64,000 nucleotides of DNA from Burkholderiales bacterium (GTDB taxonomy: Bacteria; Pseudomonadota; Gammaproteobacteria; Burkholderiales; SHXO01). The stretch spans positions 1,870-65,869 of the forward strand of contig DAIQQA010000007.1 in assembly GCA_036787045.1 (NCBI GenBank), written 5' to 3'. The notes under the pieces were generated by a model that worked only from the letters and a program-made list of their open reading frames with translations, did not search any database and was not told where the DNA came from. Positions within the stretch are counted from its first letter, which is position 1. Each line of letters begins with the position of its first letter. A program made the position numbers and the translations under genes. Below are positions 1 through 10,107 of the stretch, one piece after another.

Positions 1-162
1 AGACATGACGCAAGGGGCAGACGCAACAACCTGAGTCTAGCCTATCTTGCTGCCGAGGCGATGAGCGTGGCCGGCCGCAGCGCCACCAGCGCGGCCGAGA
101 GGATCCTTCAGGCTTGTCCGACTGTTTGAGCGAGGGCGTATCGCGCCCGCTCCGCAAACAGC

Positions 163-184
163 AAGGCCGCCGTGCGGCGGCCTT
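163..184 (-). terminator. Possible hairpin terminator downstream of the YceI-like gene
   Basis: Perfect 9-bp stem AAGGCCGCC / GGCGGCCTT with a 4-nt loop, about 60 nt past the stop at 243. The U-tract on the minus strand is weak (GCTGTTTGC). Confidence 0.35.
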
Positions 185-242
185 CCTCGTTCAGCCTGGG
201 CACCGGCGCGCACCCGCGCGCGGTGCCGCGAACGCGCCTTGG

Positions 243-809
243 TCAGTCCTTGAGCGCTTCCACGTTGATCAGGAGCTTCACTTCGTCGCCCAGACCCGGC
301 ACCAGGCTGTTCATGCCGAACTCGGAGCGCTTGATGGTCGCCACCGCGTCGGCGCCGCACGCCTCCTTCTTGGCGAAGGGGTTGGGTGCGCAGTGGAACG
401 TGTCGATGGTCAGCGTCAAAGGCCTGGTTACGCCGAGCATCGTGAACTCCCCGTCGACCGAAGCCGGCTTGTCGCCGCTGAAGTTGACCTGCTTCGATCT
501 GAATGTCATCGACGGGTACTTCGCAGTGTTGAAGAAGTCTTCGCTGCGCAGGTGCTCGTCGAGCTTGTCCACGCCGCTGCTCACCGACGCAACGTCGATG
601 GATACCTCGACCGTGCCGCGCTTGGCCGCGCGGTCTAGCGTGATCTTGCCCGTCACGTTGTCGAAGCGGCCGCGCTGTGTCGACCAGCCGAAGTGGTTGA
701 TCTCGTAGGTGGGATGGGTATGCCGCGGATCGATGGTGTAAGAGTCGGCGGCCAGTGCGGGGGCGCTGAGCGCGGTGCCGAGCGCGGCGATGAGCAGCTT
801 GGTCTTCAT
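243..809 (-). CDS. YceI family periplasmic (polyisoprenoid-binding-like) protein
   Basis: 188-aa ORF with ATG start and AGGAGA SD. Sec signal MKTKLLIAALGTALSAPALA. Full-length YceI-like pattern (YTIDPRHTHPTYEINHFGWSTQRGRF ... MLGVTRPLTL). Confidence 0.85.
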   Translation of the reverse strand: MKTKLLIAALGTALSAPALAADSYTIDPRHTHPTYEINHFGWSTQRGRFDNVTGKITLDRAAKRGTVEVSIDVASVSSGVDKLDEHLRSEDFFNTAKYPSMTFRSKQVNFSGDKPASVDGEFTMLGVTRPLTLTIDTFHCAPNPFAKKEACGADAVATIKRSEFGMNSLVPGLGDEVKLLINVEALKD

Positions 810-870
810 GCTTTCTCCTGGATGTTGGTGGATAAACGCTGCGAGTCTGTTGCAACAGACAACTCGCGAG

Positions 871-1434
871 CTACTTTCTGTCGGTGCCCGTCAACTTGAA
901 GCGGATCTGGACTTCGTCTGCAACGGTCTCGGTGTCAGACCAGACGCCTTCGCCGATGCCGTACTCCAGGCGTTTGAGCGTGAATGCCCCTTCGAAGACA
1001 GTCGTGCCGTTCAGCTGCGTGACCGTAAACGGCGCAGCGATGTCCCGCGTACGGCCCTTGATGGTCAGCTTGCCGGTCACCTCATAGCGGCCTGTGCCCA
1101 GGGGCTTCACCGCAGACGATACGAACTTCGCCGTGGGGAACTGGGCCGTGTCGAACCACGCCCTGCGCTTGACCTCGGTGTCGACCTCGGTCACACCGGT
1201 GTCGATGCTGGCGAGCTCGATCTCGATCTGCGCCCGGGCTGCGGCAAGCCGGGCCGGATCGAACGTGACTTGCGCAGTGAAGCGTCCGAACCCGCCCTCC
1301 GCGGGGACGCCCATTTGCCGGGCGACGAAGGTGACCTCGCTGCGGGCGGGATCGATGGCCTGTACCGGCTCGGCCTGCACTGGCAGCGACATGCCCAGAC
1401 ACATAGCGATGGAAACCGATCTCAGACTTTTCAC
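871..1434 (-). CDS. YceI family periplasmic protein (paralog)
   Basis: 187-aa ORF with a GTG start 6 nt after the upstream stop. Signal peptide present. YceI-like pattern (IDPARSEVTFVARQMGVPAEGGF ... GKLTIKGRTRDI). Confidence 0.85.
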   Translation of the reverse strand: MKSLRSVSIAMCLGMSLPVQAEPVQAIDPARSEVTFVARQMGVPAEGGFGRFTAQVTFDPARLAAARAQIEIELASIDTGVTEVDTEVKRRAWFDTAQFPTAKFVSSAVKPLGTGRYEVTGKLTIKGRTRDIAAPFTVTQLNGTTVFEGAFTLKRLEYGIGEGVWSDTETVADEVQIRFKLTGTDRK

Positions 1435-1440
1435 GGAGGA

Positions 1441-1989
1441 TCACCTGCCGGTGCGGGGACGAACGAACGGCAGCATCCGATGCAGGACATCATCGCGGTC
1501 ACCGAAGTGGTGCCTTAGCGCCGCCGCTGCATGCACTGCGACCAGCGCGGCCAGGGTCAAGTTCAGTGTTCCGTGCACGACCTTGAGCTGCTCGCCCAGC
1601 ACCTTGTCCTTCGCGACCAGGTCCGGCAGGGGAACGACGCCAAGATAGACAGTCTGAACGCCGAGTGCCGAGCTCATCAGCCAGCCGGACAGGGGGATCA
1701 CGAGGAGCAGCAGATAGAGCAGGAAATGGCTGACCGCTGCCGCCTTCCGTTGCCAACGTGGCGTCGCAGCGGGCAGAGGCGGGGCCGGATGCATCAGCCG
1801 CCAGAGCACCCGTAGCACGGCCAGCAGGAAGATGGTTACGCCGAGCCACTTGTGCCAGGAATACAGCTTCAGCTTCGCGGGGCTGAGCGAAAGACCCACC
1901 ATGTACAGGCCGAGCGCCGCCGAGCACACCACCAGCACAGCGAGTAACCAGTGCAGCGCGATTGCAGTTGCGGTGTAGCGACGGACCAT
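1441..1989 (-). CDS. Cytochrome b561 family protein (CybB/YceJ-like)
   Basis: Four-TM haem-b protein with family-typical N-terminus MVRRYTATAIALHWLLAVLVV and conserved His (HWL, HKWLG, HGTLN, HAAAALRHH). I chose the ATG at 1989; the track ORF extends to 2019. Classic yceJ-yceI arrangement. Confidence 0.8.
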   Translation of the reverse strand: MVRRYTATAIALHWLLAVLVVCSAALGLYMVGLSLSPAKLKLYSWHKWLGVTIFLLAVLRVLWRLMHPAPPLPAATPRWQRKAAAVSHFLLYLLLLVIPLSGWLMSSALGVQTVYLGVVPLPDLVAKDKVLGEQLKVVHGTLNLTLAALVAVHAAAALRHHFGDRDDVLHRMLPFVRPRTGR

Positions 1990-2125
1990 GATTCCCGGAC
2001 CGGGCCACCGGGGCCTCACCAGCGGATTCGGTGTATCAGCCGAGGCAGTCTAGTGAAATGCGAATCACGCGCAAAGCGAACGTTTTTGCGCGACTCGCTC
2101 AGAGGTCCTGAACGATCGGGCCCGC

Positions 2126-2374
2126 TCAGGCGTCGGGCTTACGCTCCCGCTGCTCGAGCTGGGCCAGCTGGGCTTCGAGCTTCTCCAGCTTCTCTCGGGT
2201 GCGCAGCAGCACCTGGCGTTGGATATCGAACTCTTCCCGGGTGACCAGATCCAGGCGCGCAAAGAACGCAGACAGCATGGCCTTCAGGTTCTTCTCCACA
2301 TCCTTCGCCGGGCTGTGCGCAAGGATCTCGCTCACTTTGCTCTGCAGCTGCTCGAACAATGTCTGGCTGGTCAT
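2126..2374 (-). CDS. ubiK: Ubiquinone biosynthesis accessory factor UbiK (YqiC/BMFP family)
   Basis: 82 aa. Its [27 protein letters not shown] matches the E. coli YqiC core [23 protein letters not shown]. Confidence 0.85.
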   Translation of the reverse strand: [82 protein letters not shown]

Positions 2375-2450
2375 CGGAATCGCTTTCCTGGGATCGGCTG
2401 AGTCTAGCAGAGCGGGAAAGATCGACTGGTCATCGGCTCAAGGCCGAGCG

Positions 2451-2467
2451 CGCACCGCTCTGGTGCG
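2451..2467 (+). promoter_or_regulatory. NtrC-type enhancer site (TGCACC-N5-GGTGCA-like)
   Basis: cGCACC-GCTCT-GGTGCg dyad about 95 nt upstream of the sigma-54 promoter. Further half-sites GCACCA (2470) and GGTGCG (2492). Confidence 0.45.
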
Positions 2468-2559
2468 GAGCACCAAAAGCCCGCTTCACTCTGGTGCGCA
2501 AAACCTTCGCTCACAGCTGAATATCCATATATCACATTGATAATAAATGAATTGTTTAT

Positions 2560-2575
2560 TGGCACAGGAAATGCT
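2560..2575 (+). promoter_or_regulatory. Sigma-54 (-24/-12) promoter for glnK-amtB
   Basis: TGGCAC-aggaa-ATGCT, with GG and GC spaced as in the TGGCAC-N5-TTGCW consensus. It is preceded by an AT-rich tract and lies about 115 nt upstream of the glnK ATG. Confidence 0.6.
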
Positions 2576-2634
2576 GACGCCCTCTCTCGCCTTGGTTCAC
2601 CGCAATGTCAGGGAAGATATCCGGCATGCGATGA

Positions 2635-3027
<393 letters not shown>

Positions 3028-3045
3028 CGATTGAGGGAGATACCA

Positions 3046-4503
3046 ATGAGAAAGTTCCTGCTGTTGCTGACCCTGTGCGCCTCGTTCGGCCTGAGCCTGC
3101 CGACCGTGGCCCAGGACACGGCGGCCGAGCCGGCGCCCGCTGCGGAGGCGCCGGCCGAGGCGGCCGCGCCCGAGGCAGCCGCGCCGTCGGCGCCGACTCC
3201 GGACAAGGGCGACACCGCCTGGATGCTGATCGCGACCGTGCTGGTGATCCTGATGACCATCCCGGGCCTGGCGCTGTTCTACGGCGGCATGGTGCGCGCC
3301 AAGAACATGCTCTCTGTGCTGATGCAGGTATTCGCCACCTTCAGCCTGCTCGCCATCCTGTGGGCGGTGTACGGCTACAGCGTGGCCTTCACCGAGGGCA
3401 ATGCCTTTTTCGGGGGGTTGTCCAAGATGTTCCTCTCCGGCGTCACCACCGAGTCGATGGCGGCTACCTGGAGCAAGGGCGTGGTCATTCCCGAATACGT
3501 CTACATCGTGTTCCAGCTCACCTTCGCAGCCATCACGCCCGCGCTGATCATCGGGGCGTTCGCCGAGCGCATGAAGTTCTCCGCTGTGCTGCTGTTCATG
3601 GTGATCTGGTTCACCTTCTCCTACCTGCCCATAGCGCACATGGTCTGGTACTGGGCCGGCCCCGACGCGTATACGGACCAGGCAGCCGCCGACGCGGCCA
3701 CTGCAACAGCAGGCTTCCTGTTCCAGAAGGGTGCCCTGGACTTCGCGGGCGGCACAGTGGTGCACATCAACGCCGGCATCGCCGGCCTGATCGGCGCGCT
3801 GATGCTGGGCAAGCGGGTAGGCTACGGACGCGAGGCGATGCCTCCGCACAGCCTGGTCATGACGATGGTCGGCGCCTCCCTGCTGTGGGTCGGCTGGTTC
3901 GGCTTCAACGTCGGCTCCAACCTCGAGGCCACGGGTCTTGCCGCGATGGTGATGGTCAACACGCTGCTGGCCACCGCCGCGGCGGCGCTGTCCTGGATGT
4001 TCGTCGAGTGGATGGTGCGCGGCAAGCCCACGATGCTGGGCATCGCCTCGGGTGCGATTGCCGGCCTGGTAGCCATCACTCCCGCCTGCGGCTTCGTGGG
4101 TCCGATGGGCTCGATCGTGCTGGGCGCCATCGCCGGCGCGGTCTGCCTCTGGGCTGTGGTGTGGTTGAAGGCCAAGCTCGGGTACGACGACTCGCTCGAC
4201 GTATTCGGCGTGCACGGCATCGGCGGGATACTCGGCGCTCTGGGCACCGGCATCTTCGCCTCGCCGTCGCTGGGCGGCACCAGCTGGTACGACTACGTGG
4301 CCAATGGCGCCGGCGCATTCAGCATGAGCGGCCAGCTTACCAGCCAGCTCTGGGCCGTAGCCGTGTCGATCGTCTGGTCGGGCATCGTGGCATTCATCGG
4401 CTTCAAGATCGTGGACCTGGTCATCGGCCTGCGTGTCAACGAAGAGCATGAGCGCGAAGGCCTGGACGAAACCCAGCACGGCGAGCGCGCCTACCATCTG
4501 TGA
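3046..4503 (+). CDS. amtB: Ammonium transporter AmtB
   Basis: Multi-TM Amt family protein (DTAWMLIATVLVILMTIPGLALFYGG, FAGGTVVHINAGIAGL, VFGVHGIGGILG). ATG at 3046 sits 5 nt after GAGGGAGA; the track start at 3031 is TTG. Confidence 0.95.
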   Translation: MRKFLLLLTLCASFGLSLPTVAQDTAAEPAPAAEAPAEAAAPEAAAPSAPTPDKGDTAWMLIATVLVILMTIPGLALFYGGMVRAKNMLSVLMQVFATFSLLAILWAVYGYSVAFTEGNAFFGGLSKMFLSGVTTESMAATWSKGVVIPEYVYIVFQLTFAAITPALIIGAFAERMKFSAVLLFMVIWFTFSYLPIAHMVWYWAGPDAYTDQAAADAATATAGFLFQKGALDFAGGTVVHINAGIAGLIGALMLGKRVGYGREAMPPHSLVMTMVGASLLWVGWFGFNVGSNLEATGLAAMVMVNTLLATAAAALSWMFVEWMVRGKPTMLGIASGAIAGLVAITPACGFVGPMGSIVLGAIAGAVCLWAVVWLKAKLGYDDSLDVFGVHGIGGILGALGTGIFASPSLGGTSWYDYVANGAGAFSMSGQLTSQLWAVAVSIVWSGIVAFIGFKIVDLVIGLRVNEEHEREGLDETQHGERAYHL

Positions 4504-4543
4504 GCATAGATCTCCTCCCCCGGTAGAAACACTGCCGGTTCAA

Positions 4544-4570
4544 GGGCGCCCTGCGGGGCGCCCTTTTTTT
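4544..4570 (+). terminator. Rho-independent terminator of amtB
   Basis: GGGCGCCC-TGCG-GGGCGCCC hairpin followed by T7, 40 nt after the amtB stop. Confidence 0.8.
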
Positions 4571-4603
4571 CTGGGCGCTCGCCAGCGCGCCAACTCAGGC
4601 GAA

Positions 4604-4759
4604 CCTCTCACCACGAAGGCACGAAGACACGAAGAAAGGCGCAGGCAACAGGTTTCCAGGGCGCGGGATGCGGACTCGGAGCGCCTCTAGCCGCTTTGCC
4701 GCTGAACACGATCAACTCATTTCAGGCTTTGCTTTTCTTCGTGCCTTCGTGGTGAGCGG
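4604..4759. repeat. Foldback-like element A (CACGAAG subfamily)
   Basis: Left arm 4604-4639: CCTCTCACC-ACGAAGGC-ACGAAGAC-ACGAAGAAAGG. Unique core of about 90 bp. Right arm 4732-4759 is the reverse complement with 2 units (CTTTTCTTCGTGCCTTCGTGGTGAGCGG). The right arm ends 17 nt past the fhs stop. Confidence 0.85.
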
Positions 4760-4776
4760 TTGGTAGCAGTCGGAGG

Positions 4777-6492
4777 CTAGAAAAGCCCGACGATCCGGCC
4801 GTCGTCAGCGATATCGATGCGCTCCGCCGCGGGCACCTTGGGCAGCCCGGGCATGGTCATGATATCGCCGCAGATCATGACGACGAACTCGGCGCCGGCG
4901 GCGAGCCGCACCTCGCGGACGTTGACGACGTGGCCGGAGGGCGCACCGCGCAATCCAGGGTCGGTGGAGAAGGACGACTGGGTCTTGGCCACGCAGATCG
5001 GGCAGCGCCCGTAGCCCTCGGCTTCCAGCCTGTCGATCTGCGCGCGCACTTTGCTGTCCGCCGCGACCTCGGCCGCACCGTAGATCTTTGTCGCCACGGC
5101 CCGCAGCTTGTCCCAGAGACTGGCCGCGTCCTCGTAGACGAAGTGGAAGTCGGTGGGCGTGCGCTCGATCAGCTCGACCACCGTGCGCGCCAGCGCCTCG
5201 GCACCCTTTCCGCCCTCGGCCCAGTGACGCGCGAGCACGACCGGGGCCTCGTGATGCGCCATCTTGCGCTGGAGCAGCTCGATCTCGGCCGGCGTGTCGT
5301 GGGTGAAGTGATTGATCGACACCACGCAAGGCAGGCCATAGTGGTTGCGCACGTTGTTGACATGCCGCTCCAGATTGGCGATGCCCTGCTTCAGGGCCCC
5401 AAGGTTCTCAGTATTGAGCGTCTTGAGATCGGCGCCGCCGTGGTACTTGAGCGCCCGGATCGTCGCCACGATCACGCACGCGTCCGGTCGCAGCCCGGAC
5501 TTGCGGCACTTGATGTCGACGAACTTCTCCGCGCCGAGGTCCGCGCCGAACCCCGCTTCGGTGACGACGTAGTCGGCCAGCTTCAGCGCGGCCCCGGTGG
5601 CAATCACCGAGTTGCAGCCGTGGGCGATGTTGGCGAACGGACCGCCGTGAATGAAAGCGAGATTGTGCTCGAGGGTCTGCACCAGGTTCGGCTTGAGGGC
5701 GTCCTTGAGCAGCACGGCCATGGCCCCGTCGGCCTTGAGATCGCGCGCACGAACCGGCTTCTGGTCGCGGGTGTACGCGACCACGATGTTGCCCAGCCTC
5801 TGCTTCAGATCCTTCAACGACGTGGCGAGACAGAAGATCGCCATCACCTCCGAGGCGACGACGATGTCGAAGCCGTCCTGGCGCGGGTAGCCGTTGGCCG
5901 TGCCGCCCAGCGAGACCACGATATCGCGCAGCGCACGGTCGTTCATGTCCACTACGCGCTTCCAGGTGATCCTGCGCAGGTCGATCCCCAGCTCGTTGCC
6001 CTGGTGGATGTGGTTGTCCAGCATCGCCGCGAGGAGATTATTGGCCAGTGCTATGGCGCTGAAGTCGCCGGTGAAGTGCAGGTTGATGTCCTCCATCGGC
6101 ACCACCTGGGCGTAGCCGCCGCCGGCCGCGCCGCCCTTCACGCCGAATACCGGGCCCAGACTCGGCTCGCGCAGGCAGATCATCGCCTTCTTGCCGATCC
6201 GGTTGAGCGCATCGCCCAGGCCGACGGTGGTGGTGGTCTTGCCTTCGCCCGCCGGCGTCGGGCTGATGGCGGTCACGAGGACGAGCTTCCCTTGCTTGCG
6301 CCCAGCGAGGGAATCCAGATAGTCGAGGGACACCTTGGCCTTGTAGTGCCCGTAGGGTTCCAGCACTTCGTCGGGAATGCCGAGCCGTTCCTGCGCAAGC
6401 TCTGCAATGCGGCGCAGCTTCGACTGCTGCGCGATTTCGATGTCGGTGAGCAAGGGGGCTCCTGGGGTGGTTGCCTCGGGCGCGGGCGCCAT
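4777..6492 (-). CDS. fhs: Formate--tetrahydrofolate ligase
   Basis: 571 aa with full-length FTHFS pattern (DIEIAQ ..., P-loop [35 protein letters not shown]). Confidence 0.95.
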   Translation of the reverse strand: MAPAPEATTPGAPLLTDIEIAQQSKLRRIAELAQERLGIPDEVLEPYGHYKAKVSLDYLDSLAGRKQGKLVLVTAISPTPAGEGKTTTTVGLGDALNRIGKKAMICLREPSLGPVFGVKGGAAGGGYAQVVPMEDINLHFTGDFSAIALANNLLAAMLDNHIHQGNELGIDLRRITWKRVVDMNDRALRDIVVSLGGTANGYPRQDGFDIVVASEVMAIFCLATSLKDLKQRLGNIVVAYTRDQKPVRARDLKADGAMAVLLKDALKPNLVQTLEHNLAFIHGGPFANIAHGCNSVIATGAALKLADYVVTEAGFGADLGAEKFVDIKCRKSGLRPDACVIVATIRALKYHGGADLKTLNTENLGALKQGIANLERHVNNVRNHYGLPCVVSINHFTHDTPAEIELLQRKMAHHEAPVVLARHWAEGGKGAEALARTVVELIERTPTDFHFVYEDAASLWDKLRAVATKIYGAAEVAADSKVRAQIDRLEAEGYGRCPICVAKTQSSFSTDPGLRGAPSGHVVNVREVRLAAGAEFVVMICGDIMTMPGLPKVPAAERIDIADDGRIVGLF

Positions 6493-6530
6493 TCTAGCGT
6501 GCTGGACGGCCTGCTACGAAAAGGGCGAAG

Positions 6531-6705
6531 CTCTCACCACGAAGACACGAAGGCACGAAGAAAATCGAAGAGCTCATCTGCCCTGCGCAGATCTGGATCT
6601 GTGGGTTGGACGTACGGCTGAGAAGGAAAGCGCGCGAAGGGCAACGATTGGGGTTCTCCATTACGTCATGTTTTCTTCGTGCCTTCGTGCCTTCGTGGTG
6701 AGAGG
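6531..6705. repeat. Foldback-like element B (CACGAAG subfamily)
   Basis: Left arm 6531-6564: CTCTCACC-ACGAAGAC-ACGAAGGC-ACGAAGAAAA. Right arm 6671-6705: TTTTCTTCGTGCCTTCGTGCCTTCGTGGTGAGAGG. Unique core of about 105 bp. It fills the spacer between the regulator stop (6724) and the fhs start (6492). Confidence 0.9.
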
Positions 6706-6723
6706 TAAGCCGTAGTCGCAGCC

Positions 6724-7872
6724 TCAGCGTCCGCCGCGGTTCGAGACGCGACGTTCCAGAGCACGGCCGCCAGGGCGCGAGACGTTGCCCTCCGTCAGCC
6801 ACGGAAACGCCTGCGTCAGCTCCAGGATCTCGCCGGCGCGGTCGGCGCGATAGCCCGGGAGCGAGCGCGTGAGCTCCTCGAACTCGGGCCCGCGCAGCAG
6901 CCGCAGCAACTCCTGCACGGACGGATAGGCCAGTGTCTCGCGGCCGGTGAGCAGGAGGTAGCGCTCGCTCGCCACCGGCACGAAGTCGAGGTCGAACTGG
7001 CGCGCCGCCGCCTCCACGCCGAAACCGGCATCGGCCATGCCGCTGGCCACGTACGCCGCGACAGCGGCATGCGTGTACTCCTCGTTCGGCCAGCCGTTGA
7101 TCCGCTGCGGATCGAGTCCCTGCTCCTCGAGCATCGTTTCGAGCAGAAGCCTGGTCCCCGAGCCGCGCTGGCGGTTGATGAACCGCACGTCCGGCCGGGC
7201 CAGCGCCGCGATCGAATCGATCTGCTTCGGGTTGTGCGGGCGCACGAAGATCCCCTGCTGCCGGCGCACCAGGAAGATCAGGCACTGGTCCGCGGGCCGA
7301 AGCCAGCTGCGGTATTCGGCCACCGCACGCGCGCCGCGGTCGCCCTCGGGAACATGGAAGCCTGCTATGTCGCAGGCGCCGCGGGCAAGCGACGCGAGCG
7401 AGTCGGCGGCAGAGAGGTACTGCAGATCGAGGCCTATGCGAGTGTGCCGGCGCAGCAGCTCCGGCAGCTGCGCGACCGCATAGCCGTAGCTGGCGTGGAT
7501 GCGCAGCGTCGGGCTGTGCTCGGCGAGCGCGCGGCTCAGCTCGAGGTTGAGCTCCGAGGCGATGTTCTCGAGCTGCGGCAGCAGGCGGGCGCGGGCACGG
7601 GCCTGGGCCCACACCAGCTTTTCCCCCAACGGCGAGAGCGTTGCGCCGCGCCCCTGCCGCAACAGGACCAGCTCGGAGCCGAAGAACTCGGACCAGCGCG
7701 CGATGATGTTCCAGGCGTGCCGGTAAGACATCCCGGCGCGCTGCGCGGCTGTCGTGAGCTTGCCGCTCTCGTGCACGGCATGCAACAGGTCGAACAGACG
7801 ATGGTCGACCTCCTCTCCGGCCTCGTTGCTGAACACCCACGCAGGGCGGATCTCCATGCGCCTCATATGCAC
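6724..7872 (-). CDS. Transcriptional regulator: ModE-like winged HTH N-terminus plus periplasmic-binding-protein-like (oxyanion-type) domain
   Basis: 382 aa. The N-terminus LLHAVHESGKLTTAAQRAGMSYRHAWNIIARWSEFFGSELV..RGGATLSPLG is ModE/LysR-HTH-like. The C-terminal ~250 aa resemble a PBP-type ligand domain. Divergent from fdsG. Confidence 0.7.
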   Translation of the reverse strand: MHMRRMEIRPAWVFSNEAGEEVDHRLFDLLHAVHESGKLTTAAQRAGMSYRHAWNIIARWSEFFGSELVLLRQGRGATLSPLGEKLVWAQARARARLLPQLENIASELNLELSRALAEHSPTLRIHASYGYAVAQLPELLRRHTRIGLDLQYLSAADSLASLARGACDIAGFHVPEGDRGARAVAEYRSWLRPADQCLIFLVRRQQGIFVRPHNPKQIDSIAALARPDVRFINRQRGSGTRLLLETMLEEQGLDPQRINGWPNEEYTHAAVAAYVASGMADAGFGVEAAARQFDLDFVPVASERYLLLTGRETLAYPSVQELLRLLRGPEFEELTRSLPGYRADRAGEILELTQAFPWLTEGNVSRPGGRALERRVSNRGGR

Positions 7873-7941
7873 TCCAATTCATATTGAAGCCGGACAGGCA
7901 TGCTGCTAGCTTGGTAGGTCCTGCCTGATGATACCTGACAT

Positions 7942-8508
7942 ATGCACTGCTTTGCATATGTCGAGGTGAACCTACCGGGCGTCGAACAGGAGCGACGGGT
8001 GAACGACGGCGGACGATCCGCGGCGGAAAGCGGCACGCTTTCCGGAGCGCAGCAGGAGGCCGTCGAGCGCGCCATCGCCCTCCACCAGCCCCGTCCGGGC
8101 GCGCTGCTGCCCCTCCTGCATGCGATACAGGACGTGCTCGGTTTCGTGCCGCCCGCGGCGTTGTCACGCATCGCGCAGGCGCTGAACCTCTCGCGCGCCG
8201 AAGTGCACGGTGTCGTCGGCTTCTATCACGACTTCCGCACCCACGCTCCCGGACGCCGCGTGCTGCGGCTCTGCCGGGGCGAAGCGTGCCAGTCGATGGG
8301 CGCCGAGCGGCTGGCGGATCTCGCGCAGCGCATACTTGGCATCGCGTTGGGCGGCACTTCGGGAGACGGCGCGGTCACACTGGAACCCGTGTACTGCCTG
8401 GGCAACTGCGCGTGCGCTCCGGCAGCCATGCTGGACGGACAGGTGCATGGCCGCCTGAACGAAGCCACGCTGCGCGCGCTGCTGCAGGGCGCGGGGGAGA
8501 CGCTGTGA
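7942..8508 (+). CDS. fdsG: NAD-dependent formate dehydrogenase gamma subunit (NuoE-like 2Fe-2S)
   Basis: NuoE/FdsG pattern (LLPLLHAIQDVLGFVP, AEVHGVVGFYHDF, CRGEACQSMG ... CLGNCACAP). Start uncertain; a GTG near 7999 (VNDGG) is an alternative. The stop overlaps the fdsB start (GTGA). Confidence 0.85.
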   Translation: MHCFAYVEVNLPGVEQERRVNDGGRSAAESGTLSGAQQEAVERAIALHQPRPGALLPLLHAIQDVLGFVPPAALSRIAQALNLSRAEVHGVVGFYHDFRTHAPGRRVLRLCRGEACQSMGAERLADLAQRILGIALGGTSGDGAVTLEPVYCLGNCACAPAAMLDGQVHGRLNEATLRALLQGAGETL

Positions 8509-10058
8509 GCACGACCGTCTGGGTGCCACGCGACACGTCGGCCATCTCGGTCGGTGCGGAGGACGTCGCACGTGGGATCCAGGCCGAGGCGCAGCGACGC
8601 GGCGAGGCGGTCCGGATCAGACGCAACGGGTCGCGCGGGCTGTACTGGCTGGAACCGCTGATCGAAGTCGAGACGCCGGCCGGGCGCATCGCCTATGGAC
8701 CGACTGCGCCTGGCGATGTCGGCTCGCTGTTCGACGCAGAATTCCTCGCCGGGGGTGCACATGTGCTCAGGCACGGCCCCACCGAGACCATCCCCTTCCT
8801 CGCCCGTCAGGAGCGCCTGTGCTTTGCGCGCATGGGCGTGATCGACCCGCTCAGCATCGAGGACTACGTCGCGCATGGCGGCTTTACCGGCCTGCGCACA
8901 GCCCTGGCGATGAGCGGCACGCAGATCGTGCAACAGGTCACCGACTCTGGCCTGCGCGGGCGAGGGGGCGCGGCCTTCCCGACCGGCATCAAATGGAAGA
9001 CGGTGCTGGATGCGCCCGCAACGCCGAAGTACATCGTCTGCAACGCCGACGAAGGCGATTCGGGTACCTTCTCCGACCGCATGCAGATGGAGGGCGATCC
9101 TCTCGCGCTCATCGAGGGGATGCTCATCGCGGGCCTCGCCGTAGGCGCGGAGCAAGGTTACGTCTACATCCGCTCCGAGTATCCGCTGGCCGAGCGAATC
9201 CTGACCGAGGCGATCGAGCTGGCCGCTCGCGCCGAGTACCTGGGCGAGAGCATCGCGGGCAGCGGCAAGCGCTTCTTCCTGGAGGTTCGGCGCGGCGCCG
9301 GCGCATACATCTGTGGCGAGGAGACGGCCCTGCTCGAAAGCCTGGAAGGCAAGCGCGGCATGGTGCGCTACAAACCACCGCTGCCGGCGCTGCAGGGGCT
9401 GTTCGGCAAGCCCACCGTGGTCAACAATGTGATCACCTTCGCGTCCCTGCCGATCATCCTCGAGAAAGGCGCCGCGTTCTATCGCGACTACGGCATGGGT
9501 CGTTCGCGCGGCACGCTGCCGTTCCAGCTCGCGGGGAACATCAAGCGAGGCGGCTTAGTCGAAAAAGCATTCGGGCTCACACTGCGCGAGCTGCTGTACG
9601 ACTACGGCGGCGGGTCCGCCACCGGCCGGCCGATCCGCGCCGTGCAGGTGGGCGGACCACTCGGCGCTTTCCTTCCCGAGAAGCTGTTCGACACACCGCT
9701 CGACTACGAGGCCTTCGCGCAGGTCGACGGCATGATCGGCCACGGCGGCGTGGTTGCGTTCGACGACACCGTCGACATGGCGCACATGGCCCGTTACGCC
9801 ATGGAGTTCTGCGCCATCGAGTCCTGCGGCAAGTGCACGCCTTGCCGCATCGGCTCCACGCGTGGCGTGGAGGTGATCGACCGCATCGTGGCCGACGAGA
9901 GCCGCGACAAGAACCTGACGCTTCTGCAGGACCTGTGCGAGACGATGCTGCACGGGTCGCTGTGCGCGCTCGGGGGGATGACGCCTTTCCCGGTGTTGAG
10001 CGCGCTCAAGCACTTCCCCGAGGATTTTCGCAAGCTCGCTTCGCGGCGTGCTGCTTAG
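8505..10058 (+). CDS. fdsB: NAD-dependent formate dehydrogenase beta subunit (NuoF-like, FMN/NAD/4Fe-4S)
   Basis: GLRGRGGAAFPTGIKW, CNADEGDSGTF, ESCGKCTPCRIG motifs. GTG at 8505 overlaps the fdsG TGA; the track ORF from 8286 overlaps fdsG and is too long. Confidence 0.9.
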   Translation: MSTTVWVPRDTSAISVGAEDVARGIQAEAQRRGEAVRIRRNGSRGLYWLEPLIEVETPAGRIAYGPTAPGDVGSLFDAEFLAGGAHVLRHGPTETIPFLARQERLCFARMGVIDPLSIEDYVAHGGFTGLRTALAMSGTQIVQQVTDSGLRGRGGAAFPTGIKWKTVLDAPATPKYIVCNADEGDSGTFSDRMQMEGDPLALIEGMLIAGLAVGAEQGYVYIRSEYPLAERILTEAIELAARAEYLGESIAGSGKRFFLEVRRGAGAYICGEETALLESLEGKRGMVRYKPPLPALQGLFGKPTVVNNVITFASLPIILEKGAAFYRDYGMGRSRGTLPFQLAGNIKRGGLVEKAFGLTLRELLYDYGGGSATGRPIRAVQVGGPLGAFLPEKLFDTPLDYEAFAQVDGMIGHGGVVAFDDTVDMAHMARYAMEFCAIESCGKCTPCRIGSTRGVEVIDRIVADESRDKNLTLLQDLCETMLHGSLCALGGMTPFPVLSALKHFPEDFRKLASRRAA

Positions 10059-10107
10059 ACCTTTACACCCAACGCCTTGCGTTGAGATTTGGATTTAGGA
10101 GGGAACG

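Noticed and set aside
4433-4690. Small ORFs running through repeat arms (also 6377-6715, 21299-21511, 21324-21581, 27763-27957, 31982-32800 tail, 48184-48582)
   Set aside because: Their only shared peptide motifs (TTKARRHEE, SPRRHEDTK, FVSSCLRGE, LSLASLAL) are literal translations of the tandem nucleotide units in either orientation. Nothing is conserved outside the arms.
4604-4759. Classical MITE with terminal inverted repeats and target-site duplication
   Set aside because: I could not find consistent direct duplications flanking A, B, C, E, F or G. The cores are not conserved between copies, unlike MITEs derived from a parent IS. No transposase lies in the window. Mobility of another kind is not excluded.
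6493-6723. ZTP (pfl) or other folate/purine riboswitch upstream of fhs
   Set aside because: fhs is a common ZTP-riboswitch target. However, the leader contains no GGGTCGTGAC / CCGCCTGGGCA-like conserved segments and is almost entirely occupied by element B.
6494-8167. 557-aa minus-strand ORF spanning the regulator, element B and the fdsG promoter region
   Set aside because: It is out of frame with the convincing ModE-like regulator and has a Pro/Arg/Ala-rich junk sequence. Its C-terminus is just the translated repeat arms (SHHEGTKARRKH, FFVPSCLRGE).
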